From the NCBI GenBank assembly GCA_947176895.1, contig CAMWSK010000002.1, positions 24,423-88,422 of the forward strand: 64,000 nucleotides of DNA. Direction: 5' to 3'. Positions 30,590 through 39,538 of this stretch are shown piece after piece. The notes under the pieces were generated by a model. It was given only the letters and a program-made list of their open reading frames with translations, searched no databases and was not told where the DNA came from. Position numbers and translations under genes: made by a program. The DNA is from an uncultured Prevotellaceae bacterium (lineage in GTDB: Bacteria > Bacteroidota > Bacteroidia > Bacteroidales > Bacteroidaceae). Position 1 is the stretch's first letter; each line of letters opens with the position of its first letter.

Positions 30590-32839
30590 ATGAGACAAGA
30601 ATGGAGAGGTTTTAAAGGAACCAAGTGGACAGACGAGGTAAACATCCGTGAATTTATCCAGAACAACTATACTGCCTATGACGGCGACGAGAGCTTCCTG
30701 GCCGCCCCCACAGAGGCCACCAACACCCTGTGGGGCAAGTTGCAGGAACTGCAGCATGAGGAGCGTGCCAAGGGCGGCGTGCTGGACATGGAGACGGAAG
30801 TGGTGAGCAGCATCACCGCCTACGGCCCCGGCTACATCAGCGAGGAGCTGAAGGACCTGGAGAAGGTGGTGGGTCTGCAGACCGACAAGCCCCTGAAGCG
30901 TGCCTTCATGCCCTACGGCGGCATCAAGATGGCCGAGCAGGCCTGCACCACCTACGGCTACACTCCCAACCCCGAGCTGCACAAGATTTTCACCGAATAT
31001 CACAAGACCCACAATGAAGGTGTGTTCGACGCCTACACCGACGAGATGAAGCTCGTGCGCCACAACCACATCCTCACCGGTCTGCCCGACACCTACGGCC
31101 GCGGCCGCATCGTGGGCGATTATCGCCGTGTTGCGCTCTATGGTATCGACTTCCTGATTGCCGAGAAGCAGAAGGACCTGCAGTTCATCGGCGACGGCAC
31201 CATGACCGAGGAGGTTATCCGCCTGCGCGAGGAGGTGTCCATGCAAATCAAGGCCCTCAAGCAGATGAAGGTGCTGGGCAACATCTATGGCTTTGACATC
31301 AGCCAGCCCGCCAAGAACGCCCGCGAGGCCGTGCAGTGGCTCTATCTGGGCTACCTGTCCGCCATCAAGACCCAGAACGGCGCAGCCATGTCTGTGGGCC
31401 GCGTGTCCACCTTCCTGGACATCTACATCCAGCGCGACCTGCAGGAGGGCACCCTCACCGAGAGCGAGGCTCAGGAACTGATCGACCACCTGGTGATGAA
31501 GTTCCGCATGGTGAAGTTCGCCCGCATCCCTTCCTACAACCAGCTCTTCTCCGGCGACCCCGTATGGGCAACCCTCGAGGTGGGCGGTCTGGGCCAGGAC
31601 GGCCGTTCCATGGTAACGAAGAACGACTTCCGTTTCCTCCACACACTGGAGAACATGGGTCCCAGCCCCGAACCCAACCTCACCGTGCTCTACAGCAGCC
31701 GCCTGCCCAAGACCTTCAAGCACTATGCCGCCAAGATCAGCGTGACCACCAGCTCCATCCAGTACGAGAACGACGACGTGATGCGTCCCGTGTGGGGTGA
31801 CGACTACAGCATCTGCTGCTGCGTGAGCGCCACACAGACCGGTAAGGAGATGCAGTTCTTCGGCGCACGCGCCAACCTGGCCAAGTGCCTGCTCTATGCC
31901 ATCAACGGCGGCGTGGACGCCAAGACCCGCGAGCAGTGCGGCCCCGCCTATCGCCCCATCGAAGGCGACGAACTGAAGTACGAGGAGTTCATGCCCCGCT
32001 TCGAGGCCATGATGGAGTGGCTGGCCGGCGTATATGTGAACACGCTGAACCTCATCCACTACATGCACGACAAGTACTTCTATGAGGCTGCCGAGCTGGC
32101 CCTCATCGACACCGACGTGCGCCGCACCTTCGCCACCGGTATCGCCGGATTCAGCCACGTGGTGGACAGCATCAGCGCCATCAAGTACAGCAAGGTGACC
32201 ATCGTCCGCGACGAGACGGGCTTCCCCGTCGACTTCAAGACCGACGGCGAATTCCCCCGCTATGGCAACGATGATGACCGCGCAGACGAGATCGCCGTAT
32301 GGTTGCTGAAGACCTTCATGAACATGATCAAGAAGCACCACACCTACCGCAACAGCGAACCCACCACCAGCATCCTGACCATCACCTCGAACGTGGTTTA
32401 CGGCAAGTACACCGCCGCCATGCCCGACGGACGCCGCGCAGGCGCTCCCCTCAGCCCCGGTGCCAACCCCAGCTACGGCGCAGAGAAGAACGGTCTGCTG
32501 GCCTCGCTGAACTCGCTGACCAAGCTGCCTTACGAGTATGCGCTCGACGGCATCTCCAACACCCAGACCATCAGCCCCAGCGCCCTCGGCCACACCGAGG
32601 AGGAGCAGGCCAACACCCTGGTGAACGTGATGGACGGTTACTTCGACAAGGGTGCCCACCACCTGAACGTGAACGTGTTCGGCGTGGACAAGCTCATCGA
32701 CGCCATGGAGCATCCCGAGAAGCCCGAATATGCCAACTTCACCATCCGTGTGAGCGGCTACGCCGTGAAGTTCATCGACCTGACCCGCGAGCAGCAGGAA
32801 GACGTGATTGCACGTCAGGCTCACGAGCGTCTGGCATAA
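30590..32839 (+). CDS. pflB: Formate C-acetyltransferase (pyruvate formate-lyase)
   Basis: 749 aa. Active-site CC (SICCCVSA) and the C-terminal glycyl-radical motif [11 protein letters not shown]. Confidence 0.97.
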   Translation: MRQEWRGFKGTKWTDEVNIREFIQNNYTAYDGDESFLAAPTEATNTLWGKLQELQHEERAKGGVLDMETEVVSSITAYGPGYISEELKDLEKVVGLQTDKPLKRAFMPYGGIKMAEQACTTYGYTPNPELHKIFTEYHKTHNEGVFDAYTDEMKLVRHNHILTGLPDTYGRGRIVGDYRRVALYGIDFLIAEKQKDLQFIGDGTMTEEVIRLREEVSMQIKALKQMKVLGNIYGFDISQPAKNAREAVQWLYLGYLSAIKTQNGAAMSVGRVSTFLDIYIQRDLQEGTLTESEAQELIDHLVMKFRMVKFARIPSYNQLFSGDPVWATLEVGGLGQDGRSMVTKNDFRFLHTLENMGPSPEPNLTVLYSSRLPKTFKHYAAKISVTTSSIQYENDDVMRPVWGDDYSICCCVSATQTGKEMQFFGARANLAKCLLYAINGGVDAKTREQCGPAYRPIEGDELKYEEFMPRFEAMMEWLAGVYVNTLNLIHYMHDKYFYEAAELALIDTDVRRTFATGIAGFSHVVDSISAIKYSKVTIVRDETGFPVDFKTDGEFPRYGNDDDRADEIAVWLLKTFMNMIKKHHTYRNSEPTTSILTITSNVVYGKYTAAMPDGRRAGAPLSPGANPSYGAEKNGLLASLNSLTKLPYEYALDGISNTQTISPSALGHTEEEQANTLVNVMDGYFDKGAHHLNVNVFGVDKLIDAMEHPEKPEYANFTIRVSGYAVKFIDLTREQQEDVIARQAHERLA

Positions 32840-32920
32840 TCCCAAGCACATCCGCAACGGGCGCACCGGTATTCCCACCGATGCGCCCGTTTCCTTTCAC
32901 CTTATCATATACACATCCCC

Positions 32921-33652
32921 ATGGCAACACTTCGCGTACACAGCACCGAGAGCTTCGGCTCCGTAGACGGACCCGGCATCCGCTTCATCATTTTCCTCAA
33001 AGGCTGCGCCATGCGCTGCCAATACTGCCACAACCCCGACACTTGGGCCAAAGAGGGCGCCGAGCTTATCGACTCGGCCGACCTGTTGCAACAGGCCCTG
33101 CGCTACAAGGCCTACTGGGGTGAGCAGGGAGGCATCACCGTGAGCGGGGGCGAGGCTCTGCTGCAGATGGAGGCACTCACCGAGCTGTTCACCCAGGCCA
33201 GAACCTTAGGCATCAACACCTGCCTGGACACCTGCGGCCAGCCCTTCCGCGAAAGTCCCGCATACATCGAAAAGATGGACCGGCTGATGGCCGTCACTGA
33301 CCTGGTTCTGCTGGACATCAAGCACATCGACAGCGAAGCCCACAAACGCCTCACGGGGCATCCCAACGAAAACATCCTGGCCTTTGCCCGCTATCTCAGC
33401 GACAGGCAGGTGCCCGTATGGATACGCCACGTGCTGGTGCCCGGCATCACCGACAGCGAGGAACAGCTGACCCGCCTGGCCGCCTTCATCCGTTCGCTGA
33501 GCAACGTGCAGAAGGTGGAGGTGCTGCCCTACCACACCCTGGGCGTATTCAAGTGGAAGGAACTGGGGCTTACCTACGAGCTGGACGACATACCCACGCC
33601 CACCCGGGAACAGATAGCCCGAGCCGAAACCATCATCAACAGCAAACCATGA
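32921..33652 (+). CDS. pflA: Pyruvate formate-lyase activating enzyme (radical SAM)
   Basis: 243 aa. GSVDGPGIRFIIFLKGCAMRCQYCHNPDTW contains the CxxxCxxC cluster motif. Confidence 0.95.
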   Translation: MATLRVHSTESFGSVDGPGIRFIIFLKGCAMRCQYCHNPDTWAKEGAELIDSADLLQQALRYKAYWGEQGGITVSGGEALLQMEALTELFTQARTLGINTCLDTCGQPFRESPAYIEKMDRLMAVTDLVLLDIKHIDSEAHKRLTGHPNENILAFARYLSDRQVPVWIRHVLVPGITDSEEQLTRLAAFIRSLSNVQKVEVLPYHTLGVFKWKELGLTYELDDIPTPTREQIARAETIINSKP

Positions 33653-34842
33653 GAAAGCATCTACTCATCCTCGCCGTCACCCTGCTGGCCACGAGCACAC
33701 CCCACGCCGCAAACCTTACCCACGACGATGAGCTGGAGGGGGGATTGCTCACCTCCTTCGCCAACCGCGCCATGGAGCGTGCCATGAAGCGACAGACTGC
33801 AGACAGCATCCCCATGCACAAGCGGTTAGGACGCGACCTCACCGACTGGGTGTCGGCTCCGAAAATCGGAGCGTATTACACGGGAGGCTACAAATACAGT
33901 TCCGAGAAAGGGAAGCACGGAGGACCAGGCTTCACCACCCGCCTGATACGTGCCTATGTCAGCGGCACCCTGCTGAAACATGTGGACTATCGCATACAAA
34001 TGGAACTGCAGAACACCGTCCACCTGAAGGATGCCTACATCGAATACCGCCGGTTCCAACCCGCACGCATCAAGATGGGGCAGTTCAAACGTCCCTTCGG
34101 CTTCGAGAATCCCATGAACCCCTGGGATGTGGGACTGGCCGACTACAGCCAGTTGACAAAAAAGATGACGGGCTTCAGCGACCACACCGTTGTCGAATAT
34201 AACGGAAACAACGGCGGACGCGACTTGGGACTGCAGGTGCAAGGTGATTTTCTGAGCGTGGGACGCAATGGGAAGACCCATCCGCTGTTCCACTACCAGG
34301 TGGGGGTGTTCAACGGACAAGGCATCAACACCACCGACGCCAACGGTGACAAGGACCTCATCGGCACACTCCAGCTGCAACCTGTGAAAGACCTTTACAT
34401 CGGCGTTTTCGCCTGGAGCGGCAGTTATCGCAGCCAGGGCGTCACGGCCTATCGGCGCCGCTGGGCGGCAGGCCTGAACTGGAACCACAAAGGATGGCAG
34501 GCCCGCACCGAATATGCCCACCACCGCGGCCTTACGCTATCCGACATCCTGACCCTGCCCGCCGGGGAACGGACCTATCACAACCGGTTCCGTCATGGCG
34601 AAGCCCAAGCCTGGTATGCCCTGCTGGGCGTGCCCTGCACCCCATGGATGAACATCGTGGCCAAGTGGGATTGCTACACGCCTGCCGGTCCTTGGTCGGA
34701 TCGCAACGAAATCCTCAGCCTGTCGCCCAACTTCCGCCTGCACAAAGACCTCATGTTCAACCTGCAGTGGAACTTCGTCAACGACCATGCCGCCAAACGT
34801 CACCACCACGAACTCTGGTGTATGGCTTGGGTGAGAATCTGA
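33649..34842 (+). CDS. Outer-membrane porin, phosphate-selective porin O/P-like family
   Basis: Track ORF 33418..34842 trimmed to ATG 33649, which overlaps the pflA stop as ATGA. Signal peptide MRKHLLILAVTLLATSTPHA. The GQFKRPFGFE block is typical of Porin_O_P, and the C-terminus is aromatic. Confidence 0.75.
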   Translation: MRKHLLILAVTLLATSTPHAANLTHDDELEGGLLTSFANRAMERAMKRQTADSIPMHKRLGRDLTDWVSAPKIGAYYTGGYKYSSEKGKHGGPGFTTRLIRAYVSGTLLKHVDYRIQMELQNTVHLKDAYIEYRRFQPARIKMGQFKRPFGFENPMNPWDVGLADYSQLTKKMTGFSDHTVVEYNGNNGGRDLGLQVQGDFLSVGRNGKTHPLFHYQVGVFNGQGINTTDANGDKDLIGTLQLQPVKDLYIGVFAWSGSYRSQGVTAYRRRWAAGLNWNHKGWQARTEYAHHRGLTLSDILTLPAGERTYHNRFRHGEAQAWYALLGVPCTPWMNIVAKWDCYTPAGPWSDRNEILSLSPNFRLHKDLMFNLQWNFVNDHAAKRHHHELWCMAWVRI

Positions 34843-34885
34843 TTCCATCAAACTCACATAGAAAAATATCTGAGAATATCAAAAT

Positions 34886-34923
34886 AAATGCCGCAGCGTT
34901 TTTCCTTGTTCGCTGCGGCATTT
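34886..34923. terminator. Bidirectional rho-independent terminator
   Basis: A 13-bp stem AAATGCCGCAGCG/CGCTGCGGCATTT with a 12-nt loop, between convergent genes. Confidence 0.75.
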
Positions 34924-34946
34924 ACTTTACCTGTCTGAGAGGGTGG

Positions 34947-35495
34947 TCAAAAATCCTTGTCCACCTCGTCCCATTCTTGGCTGGGCGGACAAATGCGGAT
35001 GAGGTCGAAGTCGTCTATCCAATAGGCGGCATCGGCCTTGCGGATGCCCACCTGCTTGAAATAAGAACCCAGCGTGCCGCGGATAACAATGAAACGTTGG
35101 AAGCTGCCGGGCTGAAAGGCAAGGGAGTAACGCAACTGCATCTCGCTGCCGGAGAGTTCTACGGCAATACAATCCGCTGGGTCGCTACACTGCGGATCGT
35201 TGCTGAGCAGGATGTTATGCTCATATTTTGTGGGTACGTCAAACAAGGCGTTTTCCATACTTTCTATCGTACTACCCACCGCGTATCCCATCACCCATAC
35301 CGACTCGCCGTAGGGCAGGTCGCCGCCCAGAAGCAAGGACGAGGGTGTATAAGGTTTTGCCTGTGTGCCTTCTCCGTGCCCCTGCGGCACCACGACCTCG
35401 ATGTTTTCCTCCTGCTCTTCGTCGGAAAAATCGTTCATCTCACAGGCCGACAGCAAGCATACAGCACACAGCATCCGGAATCTCCATTTACTCAT
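34947..35495 (-). CDS. Lipoprotein with an OB-fold-like (DUF6359-type) domain
   Basis: Trimmed to ATG 35495 (MSKWRFRMLCAVCLLSAC lipobox). The blocks VWVMGYAVGS..., NILLSNDPQCSDPADCIAVELSGS... and IVIRGTLGSYF recall the DUF6359 module of Bacteroidota extracellular nucleases. This is from memory and unverified. Confidence 0.6.
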   Translation of the reverse strand: MSKWRFRMLCAVCLLSACEMNDFSDEEQEENIEVVVPQGHGEGTQAKPYTPSSLLLGGDLPYGESVWVMGYAVGSTIESMENALFDVPTKYEHNILLSNDPQCSDPADCIAVELSGSEMQLRYSLAFQPGSFQRFIVIRGTLGSYFKQVGIRKADAAYWIDDFDLIRICPPSQEWDEVDKDF

Positions 35496-35508
35496 AAGAC
35501 AAAGATAA

Positions 35509-36759
35509 CTAAAAGAAACGGAAAAGCAACACGGCAAACATGGCAAATAACAAAACGGCAAGCCACAGGGGCCACAAACGCAGGAACCGATAGGGGCGGT
35601 CCTGCACAAGAGAACCGTATGGGCAGCGCTCCTCCGCCCGTAAAACGGCAACAAAGAACAGGGCGCTCAGATAGACCAGCACCACCTGAAAGGCCGACAG
35701 ACTGAGGTCGACAGAGGCCAAGAGCGGGACGGAGGCCACCCAACGCATCAAGCCATGCTGCATACCGATGAAAAAGGACAACAGAGGAGCCATCATCTTG
35801 CCCGCCAACAGAGCCAGCAAAGCCAGATAAAGAATGCAGGTGGCCAGTAGGATATACAATGGGCTGAGCAGGATCGACGAGAGGCTGAGCGTGTGGAAAT
35901 AATAGACCGCCAGCGGCGTGCAGCCCAACTGCGCCGACAACGAGAGGGTCACGCCATTACAGAACCAACGCACGGGCAGGCTCCTCTCCGCCCACTTTCC
36001 GTTCACCCGATAAAACAGGAAGATGCCCGCCACGGCGGAGAAAGACAACTGAAAGCTCACGCTCCACAACGCCGAGGGCGAAAAGAACAATATGGCCAGG
36101 GCGGCAACACCCAAAGTGTGCCAGGAGGAGAAGCCCGACTGGCGCACCAGGCCGGCCGTCATCAGGCTCACCATCACCGCCGCACGCACCAGCGAGGGCG
36201 AGCAACCGGTCAACACGACGTAGACCCACAGTAGCAGAACGATTGCGCCGCCCACCCATCGGCGCGGCCCGGGCCAGGTGAGAAGACGCAGAAGCAGAGC
36301 ATTGAGCAGGAGAAACAGTACACCCACATGCAGGCCGCTAAGCGCCAGCACATGACTTGCTCCCACCTGATTATACAAGGTACGCAACCCGGCGGACAAG
36401 TCCTGCCTTCTGCCCAGCAACATGGCTTGCACCAGTGTGTCGTCATCTGCGGACAATCCCAAGGCATGGATGCGGAGACCCAATGCCTCGCTCCAGCCTG
36501 CGGAAGCACGCAGAAGGCCATCGGGCACCAAAGAGAAGTCGGGAAACAAGGCTCTCAGATGGCCGGCCATCACAAACATCAGGCAGGAAAGCACCGCCGC
36601 AACAGCGCGTGACCGACGTCCCTGCACGGATGCCCACAGCCCCAACATCAGGGCCACCAGCAGACTCAATGACAGAAGAGGGGACAACACCACGTGCCGG
36701 GTACTCAGGATACCCAGCCCGAAGCACACAGACCATACAAGAAAGGTGAGTCGCCCCAC
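35509..36759 (-). CDS. comEC: ComEC/Rec2-family DNA internalisation channel protein (membrane domain only)
   Basis: 416 aa and polytopic. The block LLGRRQDLSAGLRTLYNQVGASHVLALSGLHVGVLF is the Competence-domain signature. The GTG start lies 1 nt after the rpe stop. Confidence 0.8.
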   Translation of the reverse strand: MGRLTFLVWSVCFGLGILSTRHVVLSPLLSLSLLVALMLGLWASVQGRRSRAVAAVLSCLMFVMAGHLRALFPDFSLVPDGLLRASAGWSEALGLRIHALGLSADDDTLVQAMLLGRRQDLSAGLRTLYNQVGASHVLALSGLHVGVLFLLLNALLLRLLTWPGPRRWVGGAIVLLLWVYVVLTGCSPSLVRAAVMVSLMTAGLVRQSGFSSWHTLGVAALAILFFSPSALWSVSFQLSFSAVAGIFLFYRVNGKWAERSLPVRWFCNGVTLSLSAQLGCTPLAVYYFHTLSLSSILLSPLYILLATCILYLALLALLAGKMMAPLLSFFIGMQHGLMRWVASVPLLASVDLSLSAFQVVLVYLSALFFVAVLRAEERCPYGSLVQDRPYRFLRLWPLWLAVLLFAMFAVLLFRFF

Positions 36760-36760
36760 C

Positions 36761-37411
36761 CTAACTCAGCGACTTGAGCAGCGCAACCTTTTCAGCCGGA
36801 TTTTCCGCCCGGAACACGTAGGAACCCGCCACCAGGATGTCGGCACCCGCTTCGGCCAACATCTTGCCTGTGGTCTCGTTCACACCTCCGTCCACTTCGA
36901 TGAGTAAGGGATGGTCGGCTTCGTCAGCCATTTCGCGCAACCGGCACACACGTTGCACGGCAGCAGGAATAAACTTCTGACCTCCGAAACCGGGGTAGAC
37001 ACTCATAATCAGAACCATATCCAGCAGGGGAACCAACGGGCGAAGCACATCGACCGGTGTGTCGGGACTGATGGTGATGGCCGTAGGGAAGCCTTTCTGG
37101 CGCACCAGTTGCAAAAGAGCCACCGGGTTTTTCGTGGCCTCGTAGTGGAAATTGAAATAACGCACCCCGGGAATCTTCGCCACGCGGTCAAGGTAGCTCT
37201 CGGGATTCACCACCATCAGATGCACATCCAGCGGCTTGCGACACAAGGGGGCCACGCCTTCCATCACGGGGAAGCCGAAGGAAAGGTTGGGCACGAACAC
37301 GCCATCCATCAGATCCAAATGGAGGAAATCGGCCTCACTTTGGTTGAACCACTGCATCTCACGCTCCAGATTTCCGAAATCTGCAGACAAAAGGGAGGGG
37401 GAAACTAACAT
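36761..37411 (-). CDS. rpe: Ribulose-phosphate 3-epimerase
   Basis: 216 aa. SLLSADFGNLEREM, HLDLMDGVFVPNLSFG, and VDGGVN. Confidence 0.96.
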   Translation of the reverse strand: MLVSPSLLSADFGNLEREMQWFNQSEADFLHLDLMDGVFVPNLSFGFPVMEGVAPLCRKPLDVHLMVVNPESYLDRVAKIPGVRYFNFHYEATKNPVALLQLVRQKGFPTAITISPDTPVDVLRPLVPLLDMVLIMSVYPGFGGQKFIPAAVQRVCRLREMADEADHPLLIEVDGGVNETTGKMLAEAGADILVAGSYVFRAENPAEKVALLKSLS

Positions 37412-37721
37412 TGTACAGGCCGGGATTGATAGGTTCGCGCAAACTCCTTTATGAAATCCAACGTCGCCTTGCGCGGACTCGGTTGAAGGGAAGTCAATGA
37501 AGGTAGAGGTTTCATCATAGGCTCTGTTTTCCTGTTTGTTATACTAAGATAACGGACGAAACACACGATTATTGCACTTCGGGGTGTTCTTTTTCGGTCG
37601 CATGTTTGCTGAAAACGAAAAATTTTCGTTACTTTGTACTCATAGTATCAGCAAAAGCAAAAAAAAGAAAAAGAACATCTGCCTATCGAAACACTCTACT
37701 CCTAACAAAAAGAACACATTT

Positions 37722-38330
37722 ATGGAGAAGTATGCCAAGCACACTGATGATGAGTTGGTGGCATTGTACCAGGATGGCGATTATAAAGCTTTTGATGAGT
37801 TACTGGCCAGAAGCCAGGATCGCGTTTACCAATACCTATATTTCATGCTCAACAACGAAGACGCCGCCAACGACGCCTTCCAGGACACGTTCGTGAGGGC
37901 CATCATGGCACTTCGCGAGGGACGCTACAAGCAGAACGGCCAGTTTCTGCCGTGGCTGCTGCGCGTGGCCCGCAATCTGGTAATCGACCGGTTCCGCGGA
38001 CAGCGAACCCGCCGCACCACTCCGCTGGAGATAGAGGACGCACAAGGCGAAAGCACCATCGACGTGCTCAACACTGCGGCATACAGCGAGCCGGACGTGG
38101 AGATGGCCACCGTGCTAAGCGAATCTGCCGACGATGTGAAGATGATGATCAACCGTCTGCCCGAGGAGCAGCGCGAAGTGGTGATCATGCGCTATTACCA
38201 GGAACTGAGCTTCAAGGAGATTGCCGACCTGACGGATGTAAGCATCAACACCGCACTGGGCCGTATGCGCTACGCCCTGACCAACCTGCGCCGCATGGCC
38301 GCCCACCGCAATCTGTATTTAGCCGTGTAA
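37722..38330 (+). CDS. RNA polymerase sigma-70 family (ECF-like) sigma factor
   Basis: Trimmed to ATG 37722 (MEKYAKHTDDELVALYQDGD...). Region 2 reads FLPWLLRVARNLVIDRFR. Region 4 reads LPEEQREVVIMRYYQELSFKEIADLTDVSINTALGRMRYA. No adjacent anti-sigma gene was seen. Confidence 0.88.
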   Translation: MEKYAKHTDDELVALYQDGDYKAFDELLARSQDRVYQYLYFMLNNEDAANDAFQDTFVRAIMALREGRYKQNGQFLPWLLRVARNLVIDRFRGQRTRRTTPLEIEDAQGESTIDVLNTAAYSEPDVEMATVLSESADDVKMMINRLPEEQREVVIMRYYQELSFKEIADLTDVSINTALGRMRYALTNLRRMAAHRNLYLAV

Positions 38331-38392
38331 GCTGACAAGGCGGCACCAAAGAAATAGCCGCCCCCTTTGGGCACAGCCCCGTATGTTGACGG

Positions 38393-38456
38393 AAAAAACG
38401 CCGCAATGTTTAAAAAAAACGCCGCGGCGTTTCGATTCATGCGCCGCGGCGTTTTT
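38393..38456. repeat. GC-variant intergenic palindromic repeat (AAAACGCCGCGGCGTTTT type), also a bidirectional terminator
   Basis: The units are aaaaaacgccgcaatgttt, aaaaaaaacgccgcggcgttt and cgattcatgcgccgcggcgttttt. Positions 38416-38429 pair perfectly with 38442-38455 (14 bp). The element lies between convergent genes. A related copy lies at 53332-53398. Confidence 0.8.
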
Positions 38457-38541
38457 CCCTAAATATGCAGATGTTTTGGGGTTGCCCGCAAGTGGGTGAC
38501 GGAATCAACCGGCACAACCCCTATATTCCCTTTGGCTCTTC

Positions 38542-39525
38542 TTAATCCAGCACCACCAGCTCATACTTCTGGCTTCCCATGCCTAAGGCCTCGGCATGCT
38601 CCAGGGTGTGCATGCCGTGGCGGCTGTCGATGCGCTCGATCAGGTGCACCTTGCCCTCATCCTCGGAACTGCGCACCAAATCCGTACAGGCGCGGTCAAG
38701 AGCCACGGGGTCCAGCGAGGCCAGGATGCCGATGTCGGCCATCTGAGGGTCGTGGGGATGAGAGTCGCAGTCGCAATCCACCGACAGGTTGTTGGCCACG
38801 CTGATGTAAAGAATCTTGTCGCCACTATGGTCGGCCACGGCCTTTGCGGCCTCGGCCATCGACTCCAGGAAATCATCCTGCTCGGGCTTGCCCCAATCCG
38901 TGGTGCTGGTTCCCGCCGAATGGATATAACGCTTGCCGTTGGACGAGGCGATGCCGATGGACATGTTCTTGATGGCCCCGCCGAAGCCTCCCATGGCATG
39001 CCCTTTGAAGTGCGACAGGATGATGGTGAAGTCATAGTCCGGGAAATGCGAGCCCACGATGTCGCGGGTCAGGTGCTTGCCGCCTTCCAAAGGGAGCTCC
39101 ACCTCTCCCTCGGCATCCATGATGTCCACGGGGGCGATGGCCGTGAAGCCGTGGTCTTCGGCTGTCTTGCGGTGCGACTCGGTGTCGCCACGTCCGCCGC
39201 CGTATGCCGTGTTACACTCCACGATGGTACCGTTCACCTTCTTCACCAGGTCCTCAATCAGTGCCGGTTGCAGGAAGTTGTGGCCGCCGGGCTCTCCGGT
39301 GGAAATCTTCACGGCCACCTTACCCGTGGCCTCGCGACCCAGGGCTTCGTAGATTTTCACGAGGTTCTCGGAATTGATTTCCTTGTACATATACACTTTC
39401 GAGATGAGGGCCTGCGTACTGTCAGCCTCGGATGCTTCGAGCCGGTTGCCCTTGTTTGCGGTGCAACTCATTCCCATGCTCAGGAAGAGTGCGGCGGCGA
39501 TGCCGCTCAAGATTGATCGTTTCAT
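38542..39525 (-). CDS. DUF362-domain protein, exported (probable lipoprotein)
   Basis: 327 aa. Signal MKRSILSGIAAALFLSMGMSC. The blocks VAVKISTGEPGG, TIVECNTAYGG, FKGHAMGGFGGAIKNMSIG and SVDCDCDSHP are as recalled for DUF362. Confidence 0.7.
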   Translation of the reverse strand: MKRSILSGIAAALFLSMGMSCTANKGNRLEASEADSTQALISKVYMYKEINSENLVKIYEALGREATGKVAVKISTGEPGGHNFLQPALIEDLVKKVNGTIVECNTAYGGGRGDTESHRKTAEDHGFTAIAPVDIMDAEGEVELPLEGGKHLTRDIVGSHFPDYDFTIILSHFKGHAMGGFGGAIKNMSIGIASSNGKRYIHSAGTSTTDWGKPEQDDFLESMAEAAKAVADHSGDKILYISVANNLSVDCDCDSHPHDPQMADIGILASLDPVALDRACTDLVRSSEDEGKVHLIERIDSRHGMHTLEHAEALGMGSQKYELVVLD

Positions 39526-39538
39526 AGGTTGTTTGTGT

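Noticed and set aside
30569-32878. A 769-aa minus-strand ORF opposite pflB.
   Set aside because: It is an antisense shadow of a GC-rich, highly conserved gene. pflB on the plus strand has the catalytic CC and the glycyl-radical motif. Similar long shadow ORFs were rejected for the same reason at 17271..19583 (recQ), 21639..23852 (tig/HAD), 39374..41290 (TonB receptor), 50732..52324 (wzx), 55757..58909 (RND pump), 59117..61081 (OMF), 47644..48891 and 53681..54853.
37405-37518. A 37-aa minus-strand ORF (MMKPLPSLTSLQPSPRKATLDFIKEFARTYQSRPVQC) that ends overlapping the rpe start codon; a possible uORF.
   Set aside because: Its codon usage is dominated by codons that the surrounding genes avoid (CTA, TCA, ACT, CAA, AGT, ATA, CGA, GTA). 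There is no recognisable motif, and the overlap is most likely fortuitous.
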